NCBI GenBank assembly: GCA_965261395.1
Contig: OZ253462.1
Location: 1,792,001-1,856,000, forward strand
Length of the DNA stretch: 64,000 nt
Source: Candidatus Latescibacterota bacterium
Lineage (GTDB): Bacteria; Latescibacterota; UBA2968; UBA8231
Reading direction: 5' to 3'
The position numbers were made by a program, and so were the translations under genes. This document shows, one piece after another, positions 1 through 9,211 of the stretch. The notes under the pieces were generated by a model. That model did not search any database and had not been told where the DNA came from. It saw only the letters and a list, made by a program, of their open reading frames with translations. Position 1 is the stretch's first letter. Every line of letters begins with the position of its first letter.

Positions 1-150
1 TACTTCGCCGACAGGACTGGGTGCAAGATCGTCTGTATCCACCACAGCCCCAGAGACCGACAACTGCGCTGCCGCCGGACTCGCACACAGAAAAACGCCG
101 AGTCCCAACAAGGCCAAACTCGCGATAGCTCCCTTTATGCCTTTCGACAT
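1..150 (-). CDS. 5' end of a secreted protein (runs off window edge)
   Basis: Not in ORF track. ATG at 150 with SD GAGGAG upstream reads MSKGIKGAIASLALLGLGVFLCASPAAAQLSVSGAVV..., a signal peptide with an AxA cleavage site, open to position 1. Confidence 0.75.
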   Translation of the reverse strand, partial: MSKGIKGAIASLALLGLGVFLCASPAAAQLSVSGAVVDTDDLAPSPVGEV

Positions 151-300
151 ATCTGATCTCCTCCTCTTAATGCTCAATGGGTCAAATTCTGATTTGGCCC
201 CAGCATAGGCCATGAATAAACGTTTAATTTATCAATAATACCAACAGTTCGCTACAAACTCAAGGAATTAACGCAAATTAGCGACGCTAATTGCACTTTC

Positions 301-329
301 TTGACCCGGTTAATGGGCTGCCATATTTT
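301..329 (+). promoter_or_regulatory. Putative sigma70 promoter for dnaG
   Basis: TTGACC-17 nt-TATTTT in an AT-rich divergent intergenic region. Confidence 0.4.
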
Positions 330-374
330 ACGTCAAAGACGCTGGTAATATAGAGAAAAAGGGCCCTGTTAGCA

Positions 375-2210
375 ATGCCGCGCATCCCCGAAGACATCCT
401 CCAACGCATCCGCGACGCCACCGACATCGTCGACTTGGTCTCTGAACACGTCCAACTCGTCAAAAAGGGCCACAATTACTCCGGTCTCTGCCCCTTCCAC
501 GACGAAAAAACCCCCTCTTTCAGCGTTGATCCCGACCGCCAATTCTACCACTGCTTCGGCTGTGGCGTTGGGGGCAATGTATTCAAATTCATCCAAGAGA
601 TCGACCGCGTCACTTTTGTCGAAGCGGCCAAATTCCTCGCCGAGCGTACCGGCATCGCCCTGCCCGAGCGTTCGGGGCTATCGCGCGAGGAGGACGTAGC
701 AGCCGACGAACTCTACCGGGCCAACGACCTAGCGCGAAAGTACTTTCACCATCTGTTGCTTAACGACGATGTCGGCGCTAGTGCCCGCACGTATCTACAG
801 ACCCGCCGCCTCTCAGGCGAAACCATCGAGCGCTTCGGCTTGGGCTATGCGCCGCCGGAGTGGGACGCTTTGCTCAAAGTGGCCGGTCGCCGAGGCTTGA
901 ATCCCCAGGTCTTGGAGCGGGCGGGGTTGGCTCTGCCGCGCTCCACAGACAGCGGCCACTACGACCGCTTTCGCGACCGAGTCACTTTTCCCATTGCCAA
1001 TCTCTCCAATCGGACCATCGCCTTTGGTGCCCGCGCCCTCCAGCCCGACCAAGAGCCTAAATACTTGAACTCGCCCGAGACGCCCATCTATCACAAGGGC
1101 CGAGTGCTCTATGGCCTGTCCGACACCCGTGACGCTATTCGTCGCCAAGATGCTGTACTAGTAGTCGAAGGCTACATGGACCTCATCAGCCTAGCGCAGG
1201 CCGGCATCCAGCACGTGGTCGCCACCTCGGGCACGGCCCTGACCGAAGACCAGTGCCTCACTCTCGCCCGCTATGCCCGCCAAGTCGTGCTACTGTTCGA
1301 CGGTGATGCGGCCGGTTCCACGGCTGCCATGCGTGGCCTAGCAGTACTCTTGGGCACCGGCCTACCTAGCCTAGCGGTATTTTTGAGCAAAGGCCTAGAC
1401 GTCCGCTTCATTTCGCTGCCCGCTGGGCACGACCCCGACAGTTTCGTGCAAAAACACGGCCCAGATGCGCTGCTCAACCAGGCCGAAGAAGCCCAGTCGG
1501 TCCTCAATTTCTACCTCGAACAACTCGCCCAGCAGCACGACCTCTCCAGCGTCGAGGGCAGGAGCCGCGCAATAGAAACGTTCAAACCGCTCATCGCCAA
1601 GTTGAACAAACCCGAAGATCTAATCTTCCGCGATCTGCTGCTGAGAGAAGTCTCCCAGCGCCTTCCGGTTGACGAACAATTCCTGCGCGATAAGCTGCAA
1701 GCCTCAATGCGCCGTCCTCACCCATCGCGCAAGGCACTGGCCGAGCCGCCTCCAACGGATGTACCCGACCTGCCGCGTCACGAGCTCGAATTCATCGGCT
1801 TGTTGATCAAATTCCCGCAGTTTATACCTCAAACCGTCCGGGGATTCGCTCCTGACTTGCTAAGCGACGACCGCACTCAGGCCCTGTGTCGCACGCTCTT
1901 TGACCGCCATGCCCAAGGCAAAGCCATCGATCTTGGAATGATCATCAGCGGGCTAGAGGACGACGCACTCGCACGCCTAGCCGCCCAATGCGCGGCCCAA
2001 GGTTCCGACGAGGAACAAGTCGAGCGGCAATGGCGCGACTATTTGCTTTACTTTCAGAAAAATGCGCTGGACAAGCTCATCACCAACGCGCGTCAAGCCC
2101 TCGCCGAGGCATCCAACGCATCCGACGACAGCGAAATTGCGCGTATCAGCGCCGAACTTGTAGCGCTCAATCAAGAGCGTCAAGCGGTCGCTGCCCAACA
2201 AAGCTCTTGA
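375..2210 (+). CDS. dnaG: DNA primase
   Basis: CHC2 zinc finger (CPFHDEKTPSF...CFGCG), KYLNSPET, TOPRIM EGYMD and FDGDAAG. Confidence 0.97.
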   Translation: MPRIPEDILQRIRDATDIVDLVSEHVQLVKKGHNYSGLCPFHDEKTPSFSVDPDRQFYHCFGCGVGGNVFKFIQEIDRVTFVEAAKFLAERTGIALPERSGLSREEDVAADELYRANDLARKYFHHLLLNDDVGASARTYLQTRRLSGETIERFGLGYAPPEWDALLKVAGRRGLNPQVLERAGLALPRSTDSGHYDRFRDRVTFPIANLSNRTIAFGARALQPDQEPKYLNSPETPIYHKGRVLYGLSDTRDAIRRQDAVLVVEGYMDLISLAQAGIQHVVATSGTALTEDQCLTLARYARQVVLLFDGDAAGSTAAMRGLAVLLGTGLPSLAVFLSKGLDVRFISLPAGHDPDSFVQKHGPDALLNQAEEAQSVLNFYLEQLAQQHDLSSVEGRSRAIETFKPLIAKLNKPEDLIFRDLLLREVSQRLPVDEQFLRDKLQASMRRPHPSRKALAEPPPTDVPDLPRHELEFIGLLIKFPQFIPQTVRGFAPDLLSDDRTQALCRTLFDRHAQGKAIDLGMIISGLEDDALARLAAQCAAQGSDEEQVERQWRDYLLYFQKNALDKLITNARQALAEASNASDDSEIARISAELVALNQERQAVAAQQSS

Positions 2211-2250
2211 CCTACTTGGGAAAAATCCTAGGTTTTTAGCTAACCTTAAT

Positions 2251-2327
<77 letters not shown>

Positions 2328-2391
2328 TTACTTTTGCGATATGCGCGGTTACGAGGATTGGGGCAGCCAATTTTTGTAGCCGTTTTTTATT

Positions 2392-4587
2392 ATGCAGAGC
2401 GTTATAGCCATCCTTCTATGGGCCACAGCCGTCTTGGGGCAGGTGGACGCCGGCGTCGATCGCGGGGATTCGCGTTTTATGGCGACGGTGCTGGCGCGCC
2501 TTGCCCAGCGGGCCGATCCCATTGCCAACATATATCTGAACCAAGCCCGCGCGGAGGGCCTTAGTTCTCTGCTGAGGCAACCGATGAGCGCGGGCAAGCG
2601 GCTGAATATGCGCCTGCGGATTGCCCAAGAGCGGGTGCGGGCCGGAGATTTGCGCTCAGGTATCGAAGAGATGCAAGACATTCTAGCTGCCGTAGAGGCC
2701 GGGCAGGTACCGGCGACCGAGGGCTTCGTCTATGGGCTGCACGACCAGCTCGCCATCGCCTATCTGCGCCTCGGGGAGCAGGAGAACTGTCTGCGTAACC
2801 ACACCACGAATTCCTGCTTGATCCCGATCCGCGACGACGGCGTCCATCGCTTACAGGAAGGCTCCCGCCGCGCCATCGAGCACTACACCATAAACCTGGA
2901 CAAGCGCCCAAGCGATCTGGGAACGCGCTGGCTGCTGAACTTGGCGTACATGACCTTAGGCGAATACCCGGAAGGGGTGCCAGACCCCTGGCGCATTCCC
3001 CCGCGTGTATTCGACGGCCACAGCGGTGGGATCCAGCGCTTCCGCGACGTGGCACCGGCGGCTGGAGTCGCGGCTGTGGGCCTAGCAGGCGGCAGCGCGG
3101 TCGAGGACTTCGACGGCGACGGTCTGCTGGATATCGCAGTCTCCTCGTGGGGGCTGCGCGATCCCCTACGCTACTTCCACAACGAGGGCGACGGCACCTT
3201 TATCGAGGCCACGACAGCGGCCGGGCTAAGCGGGCAAATCGGGGGGATCAACCTAGAGCAGGCCGACTACGACAACGACGGCGATGTCGATCTGCTCGTT
3301 TTGCGCGGTGCCTGGATGGGGGAAGAGGGCCGCATGCCCAACTCCTTGTTGCGCAACAACGGCGACGGCACCTTTGCGGACGTGACGCGGCAGGCAGGCT
3401 TGTTCACCTTGCACCCGACCCACGCAGCGGCCTTTGCCGACTACGATAACGACGGCTGGTTGGATCTGTTCGTCGGCAACGAATCCGGCAAGCGGCCCCA
3501 CCCATGCCAGTTGTTTCGCAACCAAGGGGACGGCCGTTTTGTCGATGTAGCCCCCGCGGTCGGCGTCAATCACGTGGGCTTTATAAAGGGGGTTGCCTGG
3601 GGCGATATAGACAACGACGGTTTGATCGACCTGTATGTATCTCAGTTCTACCGCGAAAACGTCCTCTACCGCAACCTCGGCGACGCGCCGGAGGGCTGGC
3701 GCTTTGCGGCAACGGTCGTCGCGCCGGGGCCGACTGAGAGCTTTCCCACTTGGTTTTGGGACTACGACAACGACGGCTGGCTCGATTTGTTTACCGGCGG
3801 CTACAACATGGACGACCTCGGCGATATGGCGCGCGCGTACCTCGGCGAGGAATTTGCCGCCGACCGCGCACGCGTGTACCGCAACGACGGCGACGGAACC
3901 TTCACCGAGGTCACCGAATCGCTGGGGGGCTTTGGGCAAGTCATCCTAGCTATGGGTGCCAACTACGGCGACTTGGACAACGACGGGTTCCCCGACTGCT
4001 ACGTGGGCACCGGGATTCCCGATCTGCGCTCGCTCACGCCCAATCGCATGCTGCGCAACGACGGTGGCGCTCGGTTTTTGGACGTCACCACAACAGGCGG
4101 TTTCGGCAACGTGCAGAAAGGACACGGCGTGTCCTTTGCAGACTTCGACAACGATGGAGACCAAGACGTCTTCGAGGTCATGGGCGGCGCCTTTGAAGGC
4201 GACCTCTACCAGAACGTACTCTACGAAAATCCCGGGCACGGCAATCGGTGGCTGCGGCTGTTTCCCCAAGGCGTGCAGTCGAACCGAGGTGCTATTGGCG
4301 GCCGCGTGCGCGTGCGCGTGCGGCGACCGGACGGCAGCACTCGCGACATCCACCACCTCATCGGCTCGGGCGGCAGCTTTGGGGCCAACCCACTCGCACC
4401 GCAACTCGGGCTGGGGGACGCTGTGGCATTGGAGTTTGTAGAAATCACCTGGCCGGCGACTCATCAGACGCAGCGCTGGCAGGAGCTGAAGCTCGACCGA
4501 GCGTATCGCCTGCGCGAGGGCCACCAGTCGGCGACTGAAGTAACCCTGCCGAAATTCCACTTTGCCACCAGGCACAACGGACATTGA
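2392..4587 (+). CDS. CRTAC1 / FG-GAP repeat + ASPIC-UnbV domain secreted protein
   Basis: Signal peptide, repeated DxDNDGxxDL motifs, C-terminal NRGAIGGRVRV...LGLGDA...ITWP. Confidence 0.88.
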   Translation: MQSVIAILLWATAVLGQVDAGVDRGDSRFMATVLARLAQRADPIANIYLNQARAEGLSSLLRQPMSAGKRLNMRLRIAQERVRAGDLRSGIEEMQDILAAVEAGQVPATEGFVYGLHDQLAIAYLRLGEQENCLRNHTTNSCLIPIRDDGVHRLQEGSRRAIEHYTINLDKRPSDLGTRWLLNLAYMTLGEYPEGVPDPWRIPPRVFDGHSGGIQRFRDVAPAAGVAAVGLAGGSAVEDFDGDGLLDIAVSSWGLRDPLRYFHNEGDGTFIEATTAAGLSGQIGGINLEQADYDNDGDVDLLVLRGAWMGEEGRMPNSLLRNNGDGTFADVTRQAGLFTLHPTHAAAFADYDNDGWLDLFVGNESGKRPHPCQLFRNQGDGRFVDVAPAVGVNHVGFIKGVAWGDIDNDGLIDLYVSQFYRENVLYRNLGDAPEGWRFAATVVAPGPTESFPTWFWDYDNDGWLDLFTGGYNMDDLGDMARAYLGEEFAADRARVYRNDGDGTFTEVTESLGGFGQVILAMGANYGDLDNDGFPDCYVGTGIPDLRSLTPNRMLRNDGGARFLDVTTTGGFGNVQKGHGVSFADFDNDGDQDVFEVMGGAFEGDLYQNVLYENPGHGNRWLRLFPQGVQSNRGAIGGRVRVRVRRPDGSTRDIHHLIGSGGSFGANPLAPQLGLGDAVALEFVEITWPATHQTQRWQELKLDRAYRLREGHQSATEVTLPKFHFATRHNGH

Positions 4588-4612
4588 CTCAGTAGCCATG
4601 GGAGGCTAATTT
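4584..4612 (+). promoter_or_regulatory. Putative sigma70 promoter for tRNA-Val
   Basis: TTGACT-17 nt-TAATTT just upstream of the tRNA. Confidence 0.55.
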
Positions 4613-4625
4613 AAAAAATGCTCTT

Positions 4626-4702
4626 GGGCGATTAGCTCAGTTGGTTAGAGCGCCGGTCTCACATACCGGAGGTCCGCAGTTCAAATCTGCGATTGCCCAC
4701 CA
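4626..4702 (+). tRNA. tRNA-Val(CAC)
   Basis: GGGCGAT/ATTGCCC acceptor stem, anticodon arm CCGGT-CT-CAC-AT-ACCGG, encoded CCA. Confidence 0.93.
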
Positions 4703-4708
4703 TCCGCA

Positions 4709-4757
4709 AAGGCCGTGCGAAGCGCATCTTTGCTTCCACGGCCTTTTTCTTTTTTTT
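4709..4757 (+). terminator. Intrinsic terminator after tRNA-Val
   Basis: GGCCGTG..GAAGC / GCTTC.CACGGCC hairpin followed by a long T tract. Confidence 0.7.
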
Positions 4758-4760
4758 GCT

Positions 4761-4794
4761 AAAAAAGGCACCTACCCGCAAGTAGGTGCCTTTT
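4761..4794. terminator. Bidirectional intrinsic terminator
   Basis: AAAAGGCACCTAC-ccgcaa-GTAGGTGCCTTTT. Confidence 0.8.
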
Positions 4795-4809
4795 GTTCTG
4801 CAATCCGCA

Positions 4810-5484
4810 CTATGGGTATAGACGCTCTTTTACTAAGGCCCAAGGCGTCGGTAAAATGTTCGTTCCCATGACGCGCTCGGGCGCTTCACCCCCGTCCAAA
4901 AGCAGGTAGGAGGGAATGGATCCCGGCGTGCCCAACTCGCTGGCGCCCGCATCCCAGCCGCTTTGTTCGGTCGCCGTCGCCCAGCTTTCGGGCTGGTCGC
5001 CGGGCTGATCCAAGGCAATGCGCACCATGGCGCTTTTGTTGGCCGAATCGCCGGCGAAAGGAGCTCCGCGGCCATCGTCGGCCACGTCGATGAGCTGGCC
5101 TCCAGCTTGCGGGTCGCCGTCGTACAGATGTAAGAGCAGCTTGGTGTTGGGCAGCGAAACGGCTGCGTCAACGCGCTGAGGCTCGACGGCGAGGAGGGAT
5201 TTTTGGTGATCAGCGGCGTAGTTGGCGATGAGAAAGGTCTCTCCGGCGGGGATCGCAGCGGCCTCGAGGACGAGCATTACCTTGTCCTCGTCGCCGCTGC
5301 GGTAGGTCAAGGTCCAGCCGGCTAGATCAACCGTTGCCTCGCTGGAGTTGTAGAGTTCGATCCACTCGTCGGCAGTAGATGCCGTACTACCCGTCCACAT
5401 CAGTTCGGAGATGACGACCGGGCCGGCTTGGGCCGAGATAGGTGCGGCGAGAGCGAAAAATACAAAGGCGATAAAAGGGCGCAT
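4810..5484 (-). CDS. Secreted lamin-tail domain (LTD) protein
   Basis: Start reassigned to MRPFIAF (SD GGAGG, signal peptide). Motifs VVISELMW, DEWIELYN, VDLAGWTL, GTPG. Confidence 0.85.
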   Translation of the reverse strand: MRPFIAFVFFALAAPISAQAGPVVISELMWTGSTASTADEWIELYNSSEATVDLAGWTLTYRSGDEDKVMLVLEAAAIPAGETFLIANYAADHQKSLLAVEPQRVDAAVSLPNTKLLLHLYDGDPQAGGQLIDVADDGRGAPFAGDSANKSAMVRIALDQPGDQPESWATATEQSGWDAGASELGTPGSIPSYLLLDGGEAPERVMGTNILPTPWALVKERLYP

Positions 5485-5648
5485 GGCAGCCTCCAGGTTG
5501 GGGTGAGATGGCAATTGCCATGCGTTTAATGCAATATGCGTGCCTACGATTTTATTTTTTATAACATATTGTAAAACATATAAATATAAAATTCGCACTG
5601 CGCACCCTACCCGCGCTTAGCGCATCTGTTCGGCAACAGTTCTGACAC

Positions 5649-7076
5649 CTAGTCGATACAGGGCGCGCGGGCTGTGAGCGCTGCGCACAGCTTCTGTTGC
5701 AGGCCGCCGAAACCGCCATTGCTCATAAAAACCACCAAATCGCCCGGGCGGGCTTCCGCAGTCAAAAAAGCGACCATCGATTCGGTGTCGGGCAGATAGT
5801 GCGCCGGCTTGCCGGTAGCGCGGAGACGCTCCACTAAGCGCTCGGGCGAGAAAGGCTCGTCCTTTCGGGCGCGTTCGGGACGGGGGACCGGGGTTGCGAC
5901 GAACGCGTCGGCCAAGGCGAACGCCTCGACATAGCGGTCCTCAAAGATAGCGCGAGCGTTGGTCGCGCTGGCTGGCTCGAAAACCGCGACGAGCCTGCGG
6001 TCGGGATGGGATCGGCGCAGCCCCTCTAGGGTGTGGGCAACCGCGGTGGGATGATGGGCGAAGTCGTCGATGAGGAGAATGTCGTCGATGAGGCCAAGCT
6101 GCTCTTGTCGGCGCTTGACGCCGGCAAAGCTGGCCAAGGCCGCGTGCAGATCACCGGCCGTCAGGCCAGCGCGGAAACCAGCGGCCAAGCTGGCGAGAGC
6201 ATTGCAGACGTTGTAGTCGCCGCTCAGCGGCAGGTCGAAATCCCCCACCTCTTGCCCTGCCCGACACAAGGTGAAGCGCGTGCCCTCGGCACGGGCCTGG
6301 AGGTTGGTGGCGCGCCAAAATGCGCCTTCTTCGAGGCCAAAGGTCTCTACGGGTGCTAGCGCGTTGGGAAGCAGTTCGGCGATATTGGGATCGGTGCCGT
6401 AGGCTAGAATCAGGCCGTTTTGCGGCACCATGTTGACGAGTTGGCGGAAGGCTTTGACGATTTCGCCAAGGTCTTGGTAAATGTCGGCGTGGTCGAATTC
6501 GATGTTGTTGACGATTAGTACATCGGGCAAGTAGTAGAAGAATTTCGCCCACTTGGCAAAGAAGGCACTGTCGTATTCGTCGCCTTCGACGATGAAGTGA
6601 GTGCCTTGGCCGAGCCGGTAGGAGCGGTCGAAGTTTTGCGGCACCCCGGCAACGAGAAAGGAAGGGTCTAGGTCGCAAGCGGTGAAGAGGTGGGCGATGA
6701 GTGCGGTAGTGGTAGTCTTGCCGTGGGTTCCGGTTACTACCACCGAGCATTTGCCGCGGATGAAGAAATCGCGCAGCACTTCCGGTAGCGACAGGTACGG
6801 GATCCGGCGCGAGAGCACGGCCTCGGCCTCTGGGTTACCACGCGAGACTGCGTTGCCAATGACGACCAAATCCGGTGCTGGCACTAAGTGATCCGCCGAG
6901 AAGCCGGCCTGCACGTCGATCCCCAAATCCGCGAGCAGGGTGCTCATCGGAGGATAGACGTGGCTGTCCGACCCGGAGACGCGATACCCCCGCTCGCGCA
7001 ACATGCCGGCCAAAGACCCCATGGCCGTGCCACAAGCGCCAATCAAATGAATGTGGGAACCCAAGGGAAGCTGCAT
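5649..7076 (-). CDS. mpl: UDP-N-acetylmuramate:L-Ala-gamma-D-Glu-mDAP ligase (murein tripeptide ligase)
   Basis: GACGTAMGSLA, YPPMST, GTHGKTTT, EGDEYDSAFF, DDFAHHPTA. Start set at MQLPLG. Confidence 0.92.
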   Translation of the reverse strand: MQLPLGSHIHLIGACGTAMGSLAGMLRERGYRVSGSDSHVYPPMSTLLADLGIDVQAGFSADHLVPAPDLVVIGNAVSRGNPEAEAVLSRRIPYLSLPEVLRDFFIRGKCSVVVTGTHGKTTTTALIAHLFTACDLDPSFLVAGVPQNFDRSYRLGQGTHFIVEGDEYDSAFFAKWAKFFYYLPDVLIVNNIEFDHADIYQDLGEIVKAFRQLVNMVPQNGLILAYGTDPNIAELLPNALAPVETFGLEEGAFWRATNLQARAEGTRFTLCRAGQEVGDFDLPLSGDYNVCNALASLAAGFRAGLTAGDLHAALASFAGVKRRQEQLGLIDDILLIDDFAHHPTAVAHTLEGLRRSHPDRRLVAVFEPASATNARAIFEDRYVEAFALADAFVATPVPRPERARKDEPFSPERLVERLRATGKPAHYLPDTESMVAFLTAEARPGDLVVFMSNGGFGGLQQKLCAALTARAPCID

Positions 7077-7187
7077 GTCCGTATATACCGTTGGGGGGAC
7101 GCAGGTGTCAAGAGAATCGAGCCGGTTTGTGTTCGGCAATCGGCGATTGTTTTATTGGTGGGACACTTGCTTGCAAGAGAGGAGACC

Positions 7188-8156
7188 ATGGGCCAAGAGA
7201 AAGAAGCGGCAGGGGAGGTTTTTCTTTCCCTCGTCATTCCCGTTTTTAACGAAGAGGAAAGCCTGCCCCATCTGTGGGTCCAGATTGACCGCGCTCTCGC
7301 AACCGCGGAATGGGCTTGGGAGGCCATTTTCGTGGACGACGGGAGCACGGACGCCTCGTTTGCGGTCTTGGGAGAGTTGGCCAAACAGCATCCACAAGTG
7401 CGCGCCTTGCGCTTCCGCCGCAACTACCGCAAGGCCGCGGCTCTCGCCGCCGGCTTCAAGCAGTCGCGCGGCCAAGTCATCGTCACTATGGACGCCGACC
7501 TGCAAGACGACCCGCGCGAAATTCCCCGGCTGCTGGCCGAGCTCAACCGAGATTACGACTTGGTTTCGGGCTGGAAGGCAAAGCGCCGCGACCCCTTGAG
7601 CAAGACCCTCCCCTCCCGCTTGTTCAACTGGATCACCTCGCTGGTCTCCGGGGTTCGCCTGCGCGATTTCAACTGCGGCCTCAAGGCATATCGGCGCGAG
7701 GTAGCCGAAGACGCGCTGCCTTACCTTTACGGAGAATTGTATCGGTTTTTGCCCGCCGTGGCCCACTGGATGGGCTATCGAGTCGGCGAGATTCCGGTGC
7801 AACACCACCCCCGCCGCTTCGGCCATTCCAAATTCGGGGCCAAGCGGTTGCTAAACGGGTTTTTGGACCTGCTGACCGTGACCTTTGTGGTGCGCTTTAT
7901 GACCATGCCCATGCACATCTTCGGCACTTTGGGGCTTGGCTCCACGCTTTGCGGATCGGTCATCTGCGCCTATGTGGCCTTGTTGCGCTACGAGCACGGC
8001 AACATCCAAAACCGCTATCCCCTGCTCATGCTGGGTATCCTGCTGATCATCGTCGGCATTCAGTGCTTCTCCATCGGTTTCTTGGGAGACATGATCGCCA
8101 GCATGCACCAGCGCGGCGGGCGTACCCCGCGCATTGCCGAGCGCTTAAACGGGTGA
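7188..8156 (+). CDS. Glycosyltransferase family 2 (polyprenyl-phosphate sugar transferase, ArnC/DPM-like)
   Basis: VIPVFNEE, VDDGSTD, MDADLQDDP, two C-terminal TM helices. Start at ATG 7188 after SD GAGGAG. Confidence 0.9.
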   Translation: MGQEKEAAGEVFLSLVIPVFNEEESLPHLWVQIDRALATAEWAWEAIFVDDGSTDASFAVLGELAKQHPQVRALRFRRNYRKAAALAAGFKQSRGQVIVTMDADLQDDPREIPRLLAELNRDYDLVSGWKAKRRDPLSKTLPSRLFNWITSLVSGVRLRDFNCGLKAYRREVAEDALPYLYGELYRFLPAVAHWMGYRVGEIPVQHHPRRFGHSKFGAKRLLNGFLDLLTVTFVVRFMTMPMHIFGTLGLGSTLCGSVICAYVALLRYEHGNIQNRYPLLMLGILLIIVGIQCFSIGFLGDMIASMHQRGGRTPRIAERLNG

Positions 8157-9209
8157 CAGCTCTTTTAGGGCGGTCAGTAACGCGGCGATCTCCGCGTCCG
8201 TGCCCACCGAGATGCGCAGGCAGTCGGCCAAGCGCGACGGTGCGGCAAAGTAGCGCACCAAGATCCGGCGCTCTTTGAGCTGCTCGTAGAGCGCATCAGC
8301 GGCGCAGTTGGCCCAGCGCTCACCGAGCTTGGCGAGCACGAAGTTCGCCTGCGAATCCCACACGTAAAAACCCAACGCCCGCAGCCCAGCACACAGGCGT
8401 GAGCGCGTCGCGCAGACGCGGGCGGCGTTCGCGCGCATTGCGTCGATATCTTCTAGGGCAGCCTCGGCGGCCACCAAGCTCAGCCGATTGAGGTTGTAGT
8501 GGTCCTTGACCTTCCACATCCCCTCGATTAGCGCGGCCGGAGCAAAGGCAAAGCCAATGCGCATGCCGGCGAGGGAAAAGGATTTGGACATGGTGCGCAC
8601 GACGATGGCGTTGGGGTGTTCCTCGATGAGCTGAACGCAGCCACCCTGCGAAAAATCGACATACGCTTCATCCACGACCAAGACGCCGTCAACCCGCGCA
8701 CAGAGCGCGGCGACCTCGTCGTAGGGCACGAGAGTGCCCGAGGGCGCATTGGGATTGGCGAAAAAGGTGATGCGGGCCCCGGGCACGGCCATGCCCTCGG
8801 GAAGGGCGAAGTCCTCTCCAAACTCGACCGGGACCGCCTCAGCTCCCTGGATGTCGATCAGCGGCTTGTAGTAGCCGTACGTGGGATGAGGATAGGCGAT
8901 TTTGTCGCCCTCGCCGGCGAAGCTGCGGATGATGACATTGAGCAACTCATCCGAGCCGTTGCCGACCATAATCTGTTGGGGGGCAGTGGCGAATAGCTCG
9001 CCTAGCTTGTGGCGCAGGGCCCAAGCATCTGGGTCGGGATAGAGGCGCAGATCAGCTGAGCAGGCATCGCGCAGCCGCGCTAGCACTAAGGGGGAGGGCG
9101 GATAGGGGTTTTCGTTGGTATTGAGCTTGATATAGCCCTTGTCGCGAGGCTGTTCCCCGGGGACATAGCCGCGCAGACGGGCGATATTGGGGCGAAACAG
9201 GTCCGACAC
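8145..9209 (-). CDS. hisC: Histidinol-phosphate aminotransferase
   Basis: KLNTNENPYPPS, GNGSDE, DEAY, RTMSKSFSLAGMRIG. Confidence 0.93.
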   Translation of the reverse strand: MSDLFRPNIARLRGYVPGEQPRDKGYIKLNTNENPYPPSPLVLARLRDACSADLRLYPDPDAWALRHKLGELFATAPQQIMVGNGSDELLNVIIRSFAGEGDKIAYPHPTYGYYKPLIDIQGAEAVPVEFGEDFALPEGMAVPGARITFFANPNAPSGTLVPYDEVAALCARVDGVLVVDEAYVDFSQGGCVQLIEEHPNAIVVRTMSKSFSLAGMRIGFAFAPAALIEGMWKVKDHYNLNRLSLVAAEAALEDIDAMRANAARVCATRSRLCAGLRALGFYVWDSQANFVLAKLGERWANCAADALYEQLKERRILVRYFAAPSRLADCLRISVGTDAEIAALLTALKELSPV

Positions 9210-9211
9210 AG

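Noticed and set aside
3100-4170. Recurrent GACTACGACAACGACGGC-like DNA repeats as a CRISPR array
   Set aside because: Irregular spacing, in frame, and they encode FG-GAP DxDNDG motifs of the CRTAC1-like protein. No cas genes.
2328-4625. CRTAC1-like gene between two tRNAs as a genomic island
   Set aside because: No att repeat or mobility gene, and composition resembles core genes.
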